Positions 63,601 to 64,000 of a stretch of DNA of 64,000 nt are shown here, one piece after another. The stretch spans positions 149,312,051 through 149,376,050 of the forward strand of contig NC_068983.1 of assembly GCF_001194135.2 (NCBI RefSeq), read 5' to 3'. The DNA is from Octopus bimaculoides (Eukaryota). The number at the start of each line of letters is the position of its first letter. The stretch's first letter is position 1. A model generated the notes under the pieces. It did no database searches. It had not been told where the DNA came from and was given only the letters and a program-made list of their open reading frames with translations. The position numbers were made by a program, and so were the translations under genes.

Positions 63601-64000
63601 TTTAACTAAACTATTTTGAAAACAACTTTTCAGTTTTAGAATTTGAACATGAGTTGAAATGATATGGATTCCACTTGTGAGCACTTTTGAATAGTGATCT
63701 ATTTTGGTGAGCAAAGTCTGTGTTTGTCATTTATTGCTAGAGAATGGCATGAACAGCATAGCTTTTTATCATCTTTCTTGAAATCAATAAGATGTAGATA
63801 ATGTACTTATTATTAGCAAGTTTTTCACAGCTGTATCTATAATTTTACTGATAAATTTAATGGGTTAGATGTGATGTGAGAAATGGGTTGGCAGAAAATA
63901 GACCACGGACTAATTAGAGAGTCTCTAATTTAGAGAGAGATATTACAAGCAAACATTTGTAGCCTGAACAGCTATTAATGTTAAACAAGGTATATGTCCA

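Overview
AT-rich, repeat-dense eukaryotic (animal) genomic DNA with seven assembly gaps; it is not prokaryotic. The SINE families, RTE 3' tails and (CA)n/(TA)n/(GAT)n microsatellite load resemble an Octopus assembly (inference from recognised repeats, not a search). The one firmly identified gene is SF3B6 (U2 snRNP p14): four exons on the minus strand (60231-46346), all GT-AG, encoding 124 aa. A divergent plus-strand gene appears to start about 390 bp upstream (first coding exon 60620-60671). A second plus-strand gene probably starts at 1960 with a mitochondrial-presequence-like first exon, but I could not assign its downstream exons. The rest is transposon debris: tRNA-derived SINEs; RTE, R4/Dong and CR1/L2-like LINE fragments; a deleted Gypsy element; maT, mariner, hAT and Helitron remnants; and piggyBac- and Merlin-type MITEs. 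There are also several long hairpins. I found no clear new biological system. The best leads are a candidate LINE-derived poison exon in SF3B6 intron 2, intronic hairpins that could be ADAR or small-RNA substrates, a Merlin-type MITE, and a duplicated acceptor/exon-like segment around the Gypsy remnant.
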